Notes: generated by a model from the letters alone, not told the origin. A stretch of DNA of 64,000 nt from a virus (IMGVR_UViG_3300010049_000010:749-64748), one strand, 5' to 3'; positions 19,601 to 28,931 are shown, counted from the stretch's first letter. A program made the numbers and translations.

Positions 19601-22600
19601 AACTGTATGGGTTGGAAAATGATAATTATATTTTTTAGGTTCTCTAGGTTTTATTGGTTCAGGAAACTCTTGTCCATTTAAACTATAAGGATTATATTTA
19701 TCATCATATAAAGTGCCTGATCTTAAAACTGAAGAAAGTTTTTGACTTGTTCCATGAACTACCGCACCACCGATTATAAGTGGCCAAATAAATGGGAGTA
19801 TTGGCAATAAAGAACCTAATACAATAGGACCGCAGATAGCAATAATAGCTGTTTGAATAATCCAATCAGTATCTCCCCAAAGATTTTTCATTCTGTTTTT
19901 AATTTTCTTTTCTGCATCCGCAATAGTTTTAAATATTCTTGCGATAGTACTAAAAGTATTTTTAAAAAATAAATATTTTTGGCGCCGTTGTGCATCACTA
20001 TAGTATTGTGCCATTCGAGCTTCGTAAGTTCTTTCTTCTTCTTCAAAAGATGTATTAAATGCTACTGAGCCTTCTATAAAATCAGATTGTTCTTTTTGTC
20101 CTGCATTATATCCAATAAAGAAACTATTGATTCCCTGAGTTAAAACTTTTAAGTTAGAATTAAACGAATTACCAATAGTTACTTTTTGTTTTGATTCATC
20201 TAATGTTGTAAAACTTAATTCATAACAATTATCTACATTAGAAAATTCGTCTTCTACATTCGATGATGTAAAAAATATCGCATTTTCTTCAGTATTTGAT
20301 TCATTCCCAGAAAGTCTTGGAATATTTCTTAAAAAGATATTTTCTCTTTCAAAATAACCTTGGATAGTATTTGGACTATAATTTGCTCCATGAGGTCCTC
20401 CAAATAATGCCGGAGCAAATCTATTTATTCCAGGAAATTTAGTTGCCATAGATGCGTCATTATTAAACTCATCTGCAAGCATTGCTTCCGCGGCGGACTG
20501 ACCTGGGTCTCCAATTACATCTAAATCTGTATTATTTAAAGTTTCATTAGCTTTATTTTTTCTTTCTTTTTTATCTTCTTTTCTTTGTTTTTTTGCGCAT
20601 TCTTCTGATCCATCCCCACTATCATCTTGTAATGCGTCCTGAATCGCGTGTCTTCCAGGTAATCCATCACCCCAACCTGCTGCAGCTGGCTGGCCAAAAT
20701 ATCCACCATTTGCCAACATTTCTTCTTTAGCTAAAGCAAGAAAATCATCCATACCAAGATTGTGTTCAGCAGCTGCTCCATGTTCACAACCAGCTGTTTC
20801 TCTAATCATCGAGTGAAATGTAATATCATAGTTTGTTAAATAATCTCCGCTCGTAGTATAAAATGCTTGATAATATTTTAAATTGAAATTAGGATGATGT
20901 CCTAATATTGTACCTAAATGATCTTGTTGTCGAATTATATCTAATAAATTATCTTTATATTCATATGGAAATGCAGCGTGTACAGTGTCATAAATATCCA
21001 TATATCTAATTATAAATGGTTGATCTCCCCAACTAACAGCATTAGAATTAATTGATTCACCACTCTCAGCGTCAGATATAATAAACTTACGCATATTCCA
21101 GTCTCTACCTTGTATTTGCGGAGTCCACCAAGTTGACATTGGATGGTCAGAAGGCCGCCAAAGTTTTTCATTGTCAAAAAATAATTTTGAAACAGCTGAC
21201 CCTGCGACATTGAAACATAGTGCTTTACTATTAAAATAATTTTTTTCTGAAGATATTGGATTATCATCTCTAACACGGTGGTTTAAATATACTTTTTTAA
21301 CGTGTCCTGCTGGGGTATAAGAAAATAGATGCTCTTGCATATATAAACTTAAATCCCATTCTGTAAGATATGTGCTTACAATTCCAGTGCATCCTTCAGT
21401 TACCCATTGTAGAAATTGTATATAATCGTTAATTGCTTTAAAACCAGGTCCTCTATAAGTAAAACCTTCTTTTCGAAGCATAAATGTATCGAGATTAAAA
21501 GATGCATCAGGTTTTTGTTCATAAATATCTTTCATTATAGAAGTGGGTGTGCCCACAGTACTATCTATTCCGATTTTATAAGGCGGAAAAAATAATGAAG
21601 AATAATATTCTTTCTTTTCAATTATTACATCGTTAGGGTTATCTATTAAATCATAGGAAATTGGATAAACTTGAATTATATTTCTGTCTTTACATTCATG
21701 TTTATCATTTATTAGGCCTAATTCAGAAGTTCTTAAAACTTTAATATATATTCTATATCCTTCTAATTCAGATTCATTTTTAATTTCTCCGTTTGTTAAA
21801 TCACTTAAAGAAATCATTAACCATCTAGTATCGCAAGGCACAAAATTATATAATAAAGCATAACTCTCATAAGTTCTTACATACTCAATATAATTATTGC
21901 GTTTCTCCTCTATAATTGCAGTTTTTTCATTAAAATCTTTGAAAAAATCAAATTCCTCATCTTCACTTTCAGGTTCAATATAATATGAATCAAATATATT
22001 TAAAAGTGTTATTTTTCCTTCCATATATTCTTCAAAATTAAGTTTCATAGAGTTTTCTAAAACGTTAGGTTTTCTTGAATAAAATTCATCTAAAACATCA
22101 AAAGAAAGATTTGTCTCTAATTTTTTTGCATTTATATTATTAGTTTTTTCTCTATCGTATTTATTTTTAGAAATTGTTTTGATAAATTTTTTATCTTTAT
22201 TTTTTATTAAAATAATTTTTAGATCTAAATCAACATTATTTTTTCTCGTTTCTCCGAAAATATAAAGATAATTATCATTTTTAGGCACTATAAATCCCAT
22301 TGTTGGATCTTTATCATAAATTAAATTTTTTCTAACAGTAACTTCATAAGAGCCATCATCATCTAATTCAAATAATTTTGTTTCTAATTCTCCTATAGAA
22401 GCTGGATAAAATCTAATAAAAGTATCTTGAGTTCCTTTATTAGCATGACCCCAAAATTTTCTAAGAGTTTCATCATATTTTACTTCTTTAATATAATTAT
22501 AATCAACAAATGAAATTTTATTACTGATTATAGAATCATAATTTAAATTTAAAATATTTATATATTTATCTCTATTTCTTATTTTTTTAAGATCATTATA

Positions 22601-23809
22601 ATAAGATTCTTCTTCATCTATAACGAAAAAATTTTCAACATCAATATCAGTTTCAATTTTTTCAAAATTTTCTAATTTTTCATCATTAATAAAAATATAC
22701 CACCAGTCGCGTGCTTCTTGTTGTTGTTTTTTTGAAATACTATGTTGTTCAGCTTCAGATATATTTAATGAAACGTGATATAAAATATCTGTTTCTGCAC
22801 CGCCTAAATATGTTTGAGAAGTTGATGGAAGACGTTCATAATCAGAACCAACATAAGCTGTTGAATAATGTGTTCTTACTTTAACTTTCTTTCCATAAAT
22901 TTTTATTTCAATATCATTTTTACTATTTATTACTATAAAATTAGATAATATATCTATATGCTCATCATCAATAATAATTTCTTCTTGATGTTCTTTTATA
23001 TCTAATAATAAAAATTCAAACTCTGATGCTGGAATAGTAATTTTACGTACAATTGTTGATTCTTCTATTTCATCAATTTTTAATGCCGCGCGTGGATCTG
23101 AAAAAGGTTCAATTATTTCTAAGTTTTCTTTCGTTTTTACATTAATTTTAATTGGAGTAATTTCAATTTTATTTTCTATAATAGTTTCAATTATTTCTTC
23201 ATTTATTATAATTTCTTTATATAAATTATCAGCATAATTTAATTCTATTATATCAGGTTTATCTATTTTTAAATTTATATTTCCATTATTAAATATTTTT
23301 TTAATATAAGGCAAAGCAAAACTTGTTCTAGTAAACATTTGTCCATTTTTAATCGTTCCCATTTCATCAGGAGTTGCATTATCCATAACTACGCCAGTAG
23401 TCGGACCTAATCTCCATTCTGAATCGGACATTTTTGGTGACATATATGCGTCAAAATACATTTGAAGAAATTTCTTTTTAGACTCATTCATCATTTGACG
23501 TAAGAGTTCTATCGCCTCATTGCCTAAATCAGGAGTTGAAGTAATATCACCTGTTAAACTATCAAATTCTTCTGAATTATGCAGCGTTTCAGATATTATT
23601 CTATCTTGTGATTCAATTTTTTTAGATTCTAATATATTAAAAAATGATAAATTTTTTCTTTCTCTTACCTCTTTAGTAGTGAGATATTTTTGAAGTAAAT
23701 TATAATTAGTGTTAACGTTAAATCTTTCAAACATAGTCGCAAAATTGCTAACATCTGTATAAGATTTCATCCGAATAAAATTTTCTGTATTAAATTTTCT
23801 TAAATCCAT
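16655..23809 (-). CDS. Giant 2384-aa protein of unknown function, probably virion-associated
   Basis: Uninterrupted ORF with one long hydrophobic stretch (IIQTAIIAICGPIVLGSLLPILPFIWPLIIGGAVV); no family recognised. Confidence 0.6.
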   Translation of the reverse strand: MDLRKFNTENFIRMKSYTDVSNFATMFERFNVNTNYNLLQKYLTTKEVRERKNLSFFNILESKKIESQDRIISETLHNSEEFDSLTGDITSTPDLGNEAIELLRQMMNESKKKFLQMYFDAYMSPKMSDSEWRLGPTTGVVMDNATPDEMGTIKNGQMFTRTSFALPYIKKIFNNGNINLKIDKPDIIELNYADNLYKEIIINEEIIETIIENKIEITPIKINVKTKENLEIIEPFSDPRAALKIDEIEESTIVRKITIPASEFEFLLLDIKEHQEEIIIDDEHIDILSNFIVINSKNDIEIKIYGKKVKVRTHYSTAYVGSDYERLPSTSQTYLGGAETDILYHVSLNISEAEQHSISKKQQQEARDWWYIFINDEKLENFEKIETDIDVENFFVIDEEESYYNDLKKIRNRDKYINILNLNYDSIISNKISFVDYNYIKEVKYDETLRKFWGHANKGTQDTFIRFYPASIGELETKLFELDDDGSYEVTVRKNLIYDKDPTMGFIVPKNDNYLYIFGETRKNNVDLDLKIILIKNKDKKFIKTISKNKYDREKTNNINAKKLETNLSFDVLDEFYSRKPNVLENSMKLNFEEYMEGKITLLNIFDSYYIEPESEDEEFDFFKDFNEKTAIIEEKRNNYIEYVRTYESYALLYNFVPCDTRWLMISLSDLTNGEIKNESELEGYRIYIKVLRTSELGLINDKHECKDRNIIQVYPISYDLIDNPNDVIIEKKEYYSSLFFPPYKIGIDSTVGTPTSIMKDIYEQKPDASFNLDTFMLRKEGFTYRGPGFKAINDYIQFLQWVTEGCTGIVSTYLTEWDLSLYMQEHLFSYTPAGHVKKVYLNHRVRDDNPISSEKNYFNSKALCFNVAGSAVSKLFFDNEKLWRPSDHPMSTWWTPQIQGRDWNMRKFIISDAESGESINSNAVSWGDQPFIIRYMDIYDTVHAAFPYEYKDNLLDIIRQQDHLGTILGHHPNFNLKYYQAFYTTSGDYLTNYDITFHSMIRETAGCEHGAAAEHNLGMDDFLALAKEEMLANGGYFGQPAAAGWGDGLPGRHAIQDALQDDSGDGSEECAKKQRKEDKKERKNKANETLNNTDLDVIGDPGQSAAEAMLADEFNNDASMATKFPGINRFAPALFGGPHGANYSPNTIQGYFERENIFLRNIPRLSGNESNTEENAIFFTSSNVEDEFSNVDNCYELSFTTLDESKQKVTIGNSFNSNLKVLTQGINSFFIGYNAGQKEQSDFIEGSVAFNTSFEEEERTYEARMAQYYSDAQRRQKYLFFKNTFSTIARIFKTIADAEKKIKNRMKNLWGDTDWIIQTAIIAICGPIVLGSLLPILPFIWPLIIGGAVVHGTSQKLSSVLRSGTLYDDKYNPYSLNGQEFPEPIKPREPKKYNYHFPTHTVQRLPITYSGEVKMVDRVINRTESPWTDSDWWYEYTSYLNVTHTSEYEPDENGNMVYVTRVPMPVRWGTYMYRAVDPYNNHIFHDMPDAAWRITLHTMYSADETEAFHNWANSTLMKEEGYGIAQRFRDKIGMYHFVLHFEDPEKEHEFMKYILDYDINLDHDKNTNKKRVSMIFCEGNSSGGGPHSIFRAECEVLNYQDVIERWEYKERLLLGPVRTLQSIEYFDIPFINVDLSNVDFFEDGLDEEILTNKTKTGLHVPLHIQDMTETRKSSLYCDHIIQKFKEPSFWDETEYAGEIITHEQSFLAKVASSAADIFTKLTGLGSGGWGPQGDGVVPNSPQNANAQFAATITAPLRSNQEANIGVTWSGLGNRLIRGVGLLSTLQGVYPRVEDKSHPIGMPQDSWGDVTYDGEYAKTTDYKYYLQLLMGNETCEDIPIRNLPFQTKSIIPSSLNRDLDVISNLTNAQYTRHDMSPELKNSIMNLYLRAKFYSPQQFQATFISLDYPIRNLVSIIAGQISSFEFLRDLVKRIDFNTLHYALFECVDKAVIKANGMEDTGEFIAVDYEHVLYNYWTECAVDLFGLQDDLDRTKNEILEAIKSKISILNSILEDSVKKVNGQDVETLGLISYCYKDVDEWSYNDVKEIFNLINLTKETTKVSIIDEFLFAYLNILYNYRFFFVAKRFNKEDGTMWIMRCLESIMDMVCNESVGDGRAPDILKLFNKNPIYRVAFFELQNSTEAKRHAVLTNAGLEDDRINKLYIKIKWVNEDVYTKYKTENPNGNNYVKIMKKVKGKKGRQKFKAKYAHKPEDGLYQLFSQEYTENEKNITWNRLNTDKRARPIKDFDTLKLNIEWGDNIGQTPIRWDVFGNVNTSNLLEYSKAQLAPEELVCLVEQGADFWTVEIPQSIWPRAEGYKKKLKIKRIEERESPEFEPPTDSMVSLLGPMAHTIYPITNKQEAPTPGIGLDNIPALNKELNSDLYNS

Positions 23810-23818
23810 TTTTAATCC

Positions 23819-25273
23819 TTAATCATTCACCATAAATGTTAATCCAGCAAATTGAGGACTATCAATCTCACCAGTGGCTGCTGATTTTGTAAGCATCGCT
23901 GCTCCTTCTTTGATTCCTTCCCATGCATCCATTACAGACCTAAGAGAATCAGTAAATATTGATTTAGCTTGAGAATACATTTCTAATGCAGCCCCTGCTT
24001 CAGGTGTATTTATAGCTCCTTTTAATATATCAATTCCCATCTGTTTCATTTGTCCGGGAATATCAGCAATATCATCTAAGAAATCATTTTTAATATTAGC
24101 CCAAGCTTCTTTTTTTGCGTTTGCTTCTTCCATTAATGCTTTAAGTGGACCCAATAAATCTAAATCAAGTTTATCTTTTAACATATTTACTGCTGATGGA
24201 TTAAATGCGCTCATAATGGAACTGAATGCTGATAATGCTTGTCTAATTTGAGCAATAATACTCATAGTTTGATCACATATACAATCCATATTTAAAAGAT
24301 TCCAAATATATTGAATAAGCATTGTAAGGAGCATTACAACAATTGCTACTACTATTTGAATAATTTTTTGAATTATAACTCCTACACTCGGAGGATTAAT
24401 CCACACGGATATTGCTAATTGAATTATTTCTATAATTGGAATTATAATTGATAAAACTAAATCTAAAATCATTTTTAATATTTTAATTATTCTAACAAGA
24501 ATAAGAATAATCTTTAACCATTTTATTTCTCTGTCAGCACAACTTTCAACATCATCGTCATCATCTCCTTCACCTCCAGTAGCTGATTCATCTTCCTCAC
24601 AAACACATGGATCCTCACCACATCTATCACAAGGTATAGCACCACAAGTGCAATCAGGCACTAATTTATCACAAACAGAACATCGAGGACAAGTGCATTC
24701 TTCAATTGATCTTTCACATTCAGGACAAAATTCACAAATACATGGGGCTTCACCACAAATTTCACAATACGTTTCATCATCGACATCATCAATATCTTCA
24801 AAATCTTCAGCGTCATCAAATTTAAATCTAATAAGAATTTCCTCACAATTTAGTTGTGGTGGTTCATCTAATAAATTTAATAATCGAGAAGCTGGAAAAG
24901 TTCCAATTTTTAATTCAAGTCCGGGCCCTAGTGGAAGTGGTTCTGTATTCATCGCTAATGTTGGAAATAAAACAGTGTTTCCAAATCCACCAGTTTGGGC
25001 AATTAATTTTTGTTTTGGAAATGGAATTCCGATTGGAAGAGATTCTCCACCTAAAGCCCTTCTTATTACTTCTTCTGGTTCTTCTTTTGGGGATATTTTT
25101 TTTCTAATTATATCATCAGTGACTTCTTGAAGTCTAGCAACTAATCTATCTAATTGGTCATAACTTATTTCACGTTTTGGATTAAGATTGGTGCTGTCTT
25201 CTGAGCCATAACTAAAGTCTTTATGATCATAACTATCATAAACTCGCTTAATCGTTAGATTAGTTTCTTCCAT
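23819..25273 (-). CDS. Membrane-associated protein with a 16-Cys repeat module
   Basis: Four CxxC-x(4-6)-CxC units, acidic flanks, then about 90 aa of Ile/Leu-rich helices; preceded by ACTAACTA-TT-ATG. Confidence 0.65.
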   Translation of the reverse strand: MEETNLTIKRVYDSYDHKDFSYGSEDSTNLNPKREISYDQLDRLVARLQEVTDDIIRKKISPKEEPEEVIRRALGGESLPIGIPFPKQKLIAQTGGFGNTVLFPTLAMNTEPLPLGPGLELKIGTFPASRLLNLLDEPPQLNCEEILIRFKFDDAEDFEDIDDVDDETYCEICGEAPCICEFCPECERSIEECTCPRCSVCDKLVPDCTCGAIPCDRCGEDPCVCEEDESATGGEGDDDDDVESCADREIKWLKIILILVRIIKILKMILDLVLSIIIPIIEIIQLAISVWINPPSVGVIIQKIIQIVVAIVVMLLTMLIQYIWNLLNMDCICDQTMSIIAQIRQALSAFSSIMSAFNPSAVNMLKDKLDLDLLGPLKALMEEANAKKEAWANIKNDFLDDIADIPGQMKQMGIDILKGAINTPEAGAALEMYSQAKSIFTDSLRSVMDAWEGIKEGAAMLTKSAATGEIDSPQFAGLTFMVND

Positions 25274-25294
25274 AATAGTTAGTTTTAAACAGAA

Positions 25295-25489
25295 TTAGTT
25301 ATTTTCTGAGAGATTATACTCCAACCTTTGAACAAATTCTTCTTGTTTGCCGTCGTTAAAGTTTTCTACAGGCCTGTAATAACCAGATACTCTAGTATAA
25401 ACTTCGGCAGTACCCTCACAAAGATGTGGATTATTTAACTTATCTTGTATTTCTTTTATTTGATTATCAATTTTTTCAATTTTAGACAT
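25295..25489 (-). CDS. nrdD: Separate glycyl-radical (C-terminal) module of class III RNR
   Basis: EVYTRVSGYYRPVENFNDGKQEEF is the NrdD Gly-radical loop; own GGAGGAG SD inside the upstream gene. Confidence 0.85.
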   Translation of the reverse strand: MSKIEKIDNQIKEIQDKLNNPHLCEGTAEVYTRVSGYYRPVENFNDGKQEEFVQRLEYNLSENN

Positions 25490-27323
25490 TTTCTCCTCCT
25501 ATTCCAAATCCTTCCATTACATGACATTGTGGTTCATTAACTAAATTTAATAATTCATTTTTCTTTGATTCTAAATCACGTAATTTAGTAGTATATCCTT
25601 CGATAGCTTCTTCTTTGCAATACGGGCATATTCCCCTCGTATTTCCCTTAATAAAACCATGTATTTGACAATGGCTAAAAGTAGGCGTTATAGTAAGATA
25701 TGGAAATTTTGTATTATACATTACTTTTTTAACGAACTCTTTAGTTTTTCTCCAATCATCTAATCCGTCGCCGATATAAGTATGAAATGTTGTTCCGCCT
25801 GTATAAAGCGTTTGTAAATCTTGTTGATGCATAATTGCATCCCAAGGATTATCAGAAAAATTTACAGGAAGATTAGACGAATTAGTATAATAAGGCCGCA
25901 TCATTGAGCCCGCGGTAATAATATTTGGATATTTTAACTTATCATGTTTTGCTAATCTGTATGAACAAGATTCAGCAGGACTTGATTCTAAATTATAGAG
26001 ATGTCCAGTTTCTTCCTGAAAATCTGAACATTTTTTTCGCATAAAATTTAATACGTCTATCGCTAATTGTTTTCCTTCTTTTGTAGAAATATCCCAATCT
26101 TTCTTTTTAGTATTACGGAAATAATTTCGGCAAAGCTCGTTCATACCAACTAAACCAATTGTGCTGAAATGATTTTCATATTTAGCTTTAAGATATCTTT
26201 TAGTATAAGGATATAATCCCCTGTCAAATAAATCATCTAATCTCACACGTTTCTGTTCAAGAGATTTTTTAGCGATTATCATTATAGTTTCAATACGTTC
26301 GAATAATTCTTCTTTTGTATGAGATAGAAATCCAACTTTTGGTAAATTAAGAGTAACGACGCCGACTGACCCAGTATTATCTCCGCTTCCAAATAATGAG
26401 CCATTTTTTCTTGTAAGTTCTCTTAAATCTAATCTTAACCTACAACACATAGATCTAGCATCTTCTGGTTTCATATCACTATTTACATAATTACTAAAAT
26501 AAAAAGAACCAAATTTTCCAGTAAGTCTATAAATGCGTTCTTCAACTTCTGGGTCTAAATGTTCAAAAAATGCGGGTGTGCAATTTAATGTTGGAATTGG
26601 ATATTGAAAAGTGTTTCCGGAAAAATCACCTGATTCAAAAACGTCAAAAAACGCCTTGTTAAATAAATTCATTTCATTTTGTAAATCACCATATTTAAAA
26701 GACATTTTTTTCCCGCCAATATTTGGATGTTTGTCTTTTAAATCTTCGGGCACTGTTAAATCTAAAGTGACATTACTAAACGGCGCCTGGCTCCCCCATC
26801 GAGAAGGAGTATTAATGCTAAAACAGAAAAATTGCATGCACTGTTTTACTTCTTCATAAGTCATATTATCTTTGCGTACGAATGGGGCGAGATAAGTATC
26901 AAAACCATTTAAGGCCTGAGCGCCATTCCATTCATTTTGAAGTATGCCCAAAAAGTTTACAAGTTGTTGAACAGCAGTATTAAGATGTTTAGGAGGTCCA
27001 CTATTTACTTTCCCCCTTACTCCGCCTAAACCTTCTTCCAAGACTGTCGCAATAGACCACCCAGCACAATAAGCTGCAACAATCTGTAAATCGTGAATAT
27101 GAAAATCACAACTCTTGTGCGCGTTTCTAACATCACTTGAATAAACTTTATTCAACCAATAATTAGCTGAAACAGTTCCGATTTGATGGAGCATTAATCC
27201 ACCAATACAATAACTTGACGTGCTATTTTCTTTAGTTCGCCAATCCGCCTTATCTAAATAAGAATCCGTAACTTTGATAGGATCTATAGTCACAGGACTA
27301 TAATCGTTTCCATTATCTGCCAT
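25482..27323 (-). CDS. nrdD: Anaerobic (class III) ribonucleoside-triphosphate reductase, catalytic part
   Basis: HIHDL, YCAGWS, SMCCRL, TGSVGVVTLNL, YNLESSPAES, YTGGT and CxxH...CPYC are present. The RVxGY loop and an ATP-cone are absent. Confidence 0.92.
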   Translation of the reverse strand: MADNGNDYSPVTIDPIKVTDSYLDKADWRTKENSTSSYCIGGLMLHQIGTVSANYWLNKVYSSDVRNAHKSCDFHIHDLQIVAAYCAGWSIATVLEEGLGGVRGKVNSGPPKHLNTAVQQLVNFLGILQNEWNGAQALNGFDTYLAPFVRKDNMTYEEVKQCMQFFCFSINTPSRWGSQAPFSNVTLDLTVPEDLKDKHPNIGGKKMSFKYGDLQNEMNLFNKAFFDVFESGDFSGNTFQYPIPTLNCTPAFFEHLDPEVEERIYRLTGKFGSFYFSNYVNSDMKPEDARSMCCRLRLDLRELTRKNGSLFGSGDNTGSVGVVTLNLPKVGFLSHTKEELFERIETIMIIAKKSLEQKRVRLDDLFDRGLYPYTKRYLKAKYENHFSTIGLVGMNELCRNYFRNTKKKDWDISTKEGKQLAIDVLNFMRKKCSDFQEETGHLYNLESSPAESCSYRLAKHDKLKYPNIITAGSMMRPYYTNSSNLPVNFSDNPWDAIMHQQDLQTLYTGGTTFHTYIGDGLDDWRKTKEFVKKVMYNTKFPYLTITPTFSHCQIHGFIKGNTRGICPYCKEEAIEGYTTKLRDLESKKNELLNLVNEPQCHVMEGFGIGGENV

Positions 27324-27356
27324 TCATTTTCCTTCTAAAATTAGTTAGTCGATCTT

Positions 27357-28496
27357 CTAAAATTTGTCATGAGCCCTGTTTACTTTTATGAAAGTTGTAC
27401 ATTTTCCAAAATGTTTTATTTCAGACGCTCCAATATAAGTTCCACAGCTTCTCAATCCACCTAATATATCATTTATCACGTTTTGTACTGGTCCAATATA
27501 TGGCACTTCATATTCAGCTCCTTCACTAGTTCTATATTCATTCATTCCGTTAAAATGTTTTTCTTGAGCAGTTTTACTTGACATTCCATACCAAGTTTTG
27601 TATTTTTTTTCAATAATATTTTCTTTAAATCCATAATGAATATCATTTCCGGGTAATCTGATTTTTTCATAGGTTCCATCATGTTCATATTTCGTAATTA
27701 TCTCGCCCTCACATTCATCTGTTCCCGCTAACATTCCACCAATCATAACAAAATCAGAATTAGCTCCAAATGCTTTTGCAATATCTGCTGGAGATCTCAT
27801 TCCACCGTCTAAACAAATAAATGCGTTAAGTCCATGCGCAACATCAGCGCATTCAATCGCTGCGCTAATTTGTGGATAGCCAACACCAGTTTTTAATCTT
27901 GTTGTGCATGCTGACCCAGGACCAATTCCAATTTTAATAATATCTGCGCCTGCAATAATTAACTCTTGAGTCATTTCTGGAGTGCATACATTGCCCGCCA
28001 TTATTAAATTTTTTGGATATCTATTTCTAATTTTTCTAATATGGTCTGCGAATGATTGCGAATAACCATTAGCAATATCTACACATATTTTCACATTATC
28101 AAATTCATCTTCATCTATTTTAGATAAACAAGCTAATTCATTGCGAAAATAATGAAGTCTGTCTAAATCTATTTCTTTATTACCAACTGTATAAAAACTG
28201 TTTTTAAGAAGTTTTAACAAATAATCTTTCTGTGATCTATTTTTTGCTATTTCCATCCATTGTTCATGATAATGTTTGGCGATTGCGACCAACATATTAT
28301 TCGCTGCGAATCGAGCTGACATCGCAAAATTACCACAAGTCATATTACTTGCGATAATTGGAATGCATTCAAATTCATATTCATGTTTAGTTTTAAATTT
28401 TCTTTCAAGTTTCACTTCTTTACGGGAAGACAATGTAGATCTCTTTGGTTGAATAAGCACATCAACCATGTCAAGTTTAGTTTCTCTGATTATCAT
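27357..28496 (-). CDS. guaC: GMP reductase
   Basis: KIGIGPGSACTTRLKTGVGYPQISA, DIANGYS, MAGNVCT, DGG, WYGMSS and GLRSCGTYIGA. Confidence 0.92.
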   Translation of the reverse strand: MIIRETKLDMVDVLIQPKRSTLSSRKEVKLERKFKTKHEYEFECIPIIASNMTCGNFAMSARFAANNMLVAIAKHYHEQWMEIAKNRSQKDYLLKLLKNSFYTVGNKEIDLDRLHYFRNELACLSKIDEDEFDNVKICVDIANGYSQSFADHIRKIRNRYPKNLIMAGNVCTPEMTQELIIAGADIIKIGIGPGSACTTRLKTGVGYPQISAAIECADVAHGLNAFICLDGGMRSPADIAKAFGANSDFVMIGGMLAGTDECEGEIITKYEHDGTYEKIRLPGNDIHYGFKENIIEKKYKTWYGMSSKTAQEKHFNGMNEYRTSEGAEYEVPYIGPVQNVINDILGGLRSCGTYIGASEIKHFGKCTTFIKVNRAHDKF

Positions 28497-28862
28497 TTAC
28501 GACTCGCTTATATTATCTACGACTTTATTTATAAAATTTTCTTGGAAAAATTGTATCATTCCATTATTATTTCCGGCTTTTAAATTTTTTATCACATCTT
28601 GAAAATTTTCATTTAATAAGATAAATTTATCAAACTCCGACTCACCATCATTAAATCTAAGTCTAATTTTTCCCAAATATGGAACAAGTATATCGTTTAT
28701 ATTTTTATCTTTCTGTTCTAATAAAGACAGATAAGTATTAAAAAACGTATACATCCAAACTTGTTTTATTATGTCTTGTTTTAACCCGCAAAGCGCTGAA
28801 ATTTTTGAAATCAATTCTTTTTGTTCAGCATCCTGTATAAATAATTTTTCTATGCTTTTCAT
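28497..28862 (-). CDS. Divergent HU/IHF-like DNA-binding protein
   Basis: ELISKISALCGLKQDIIKQVW...ILVPYLGKIRLR follows the HU helix-helix-beta layout. Confidence 0.45.
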   Translation of the reverse strand: MKSIEKLFIQDAEQKELISKISALCGLKQDIIKQVWMYTFFNTYLSLLEQKDKNINDILVPYLGKIRLRFNDGESEFDKFILLNENFQDVIKNLKAGNNNGMIQFFQENFINKVVDNISES

Positions 28863-28890
28863 TATAGCTATATTAACTCTTTAAAACAAC

Positions 28891-28914
28891 AATACCCGCT
28901 TTTCAGCGGGTATT
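28891..28914 (-). terminator. Hairpin terminator after the minus-strand secreted-protein gene
   Basis: On the minus strand AATACCCGCT-GAAA-AGCGGGTATT followed by GTTGTTTT. Confidence 0.75.
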
Positions 28915-28931
28915 ATTTGAAATAATGATTT

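Noticed and set aside
24648-25130. Plus-strand 160-aa ORF and short alternative-frame minus ORFs
   Set aside because: They lie wholly within the Cys-rich gene; the Ser-rich plus ORF mirrors acidic codons, and none has an SD or class A/B motif.
25482-25500. Group I intron or intein explaining the nrdD break
   Set aside because: The two ORFs overlap directly with an SD and ATG. There is no intervening sequence and no intein C/S...HN motif.
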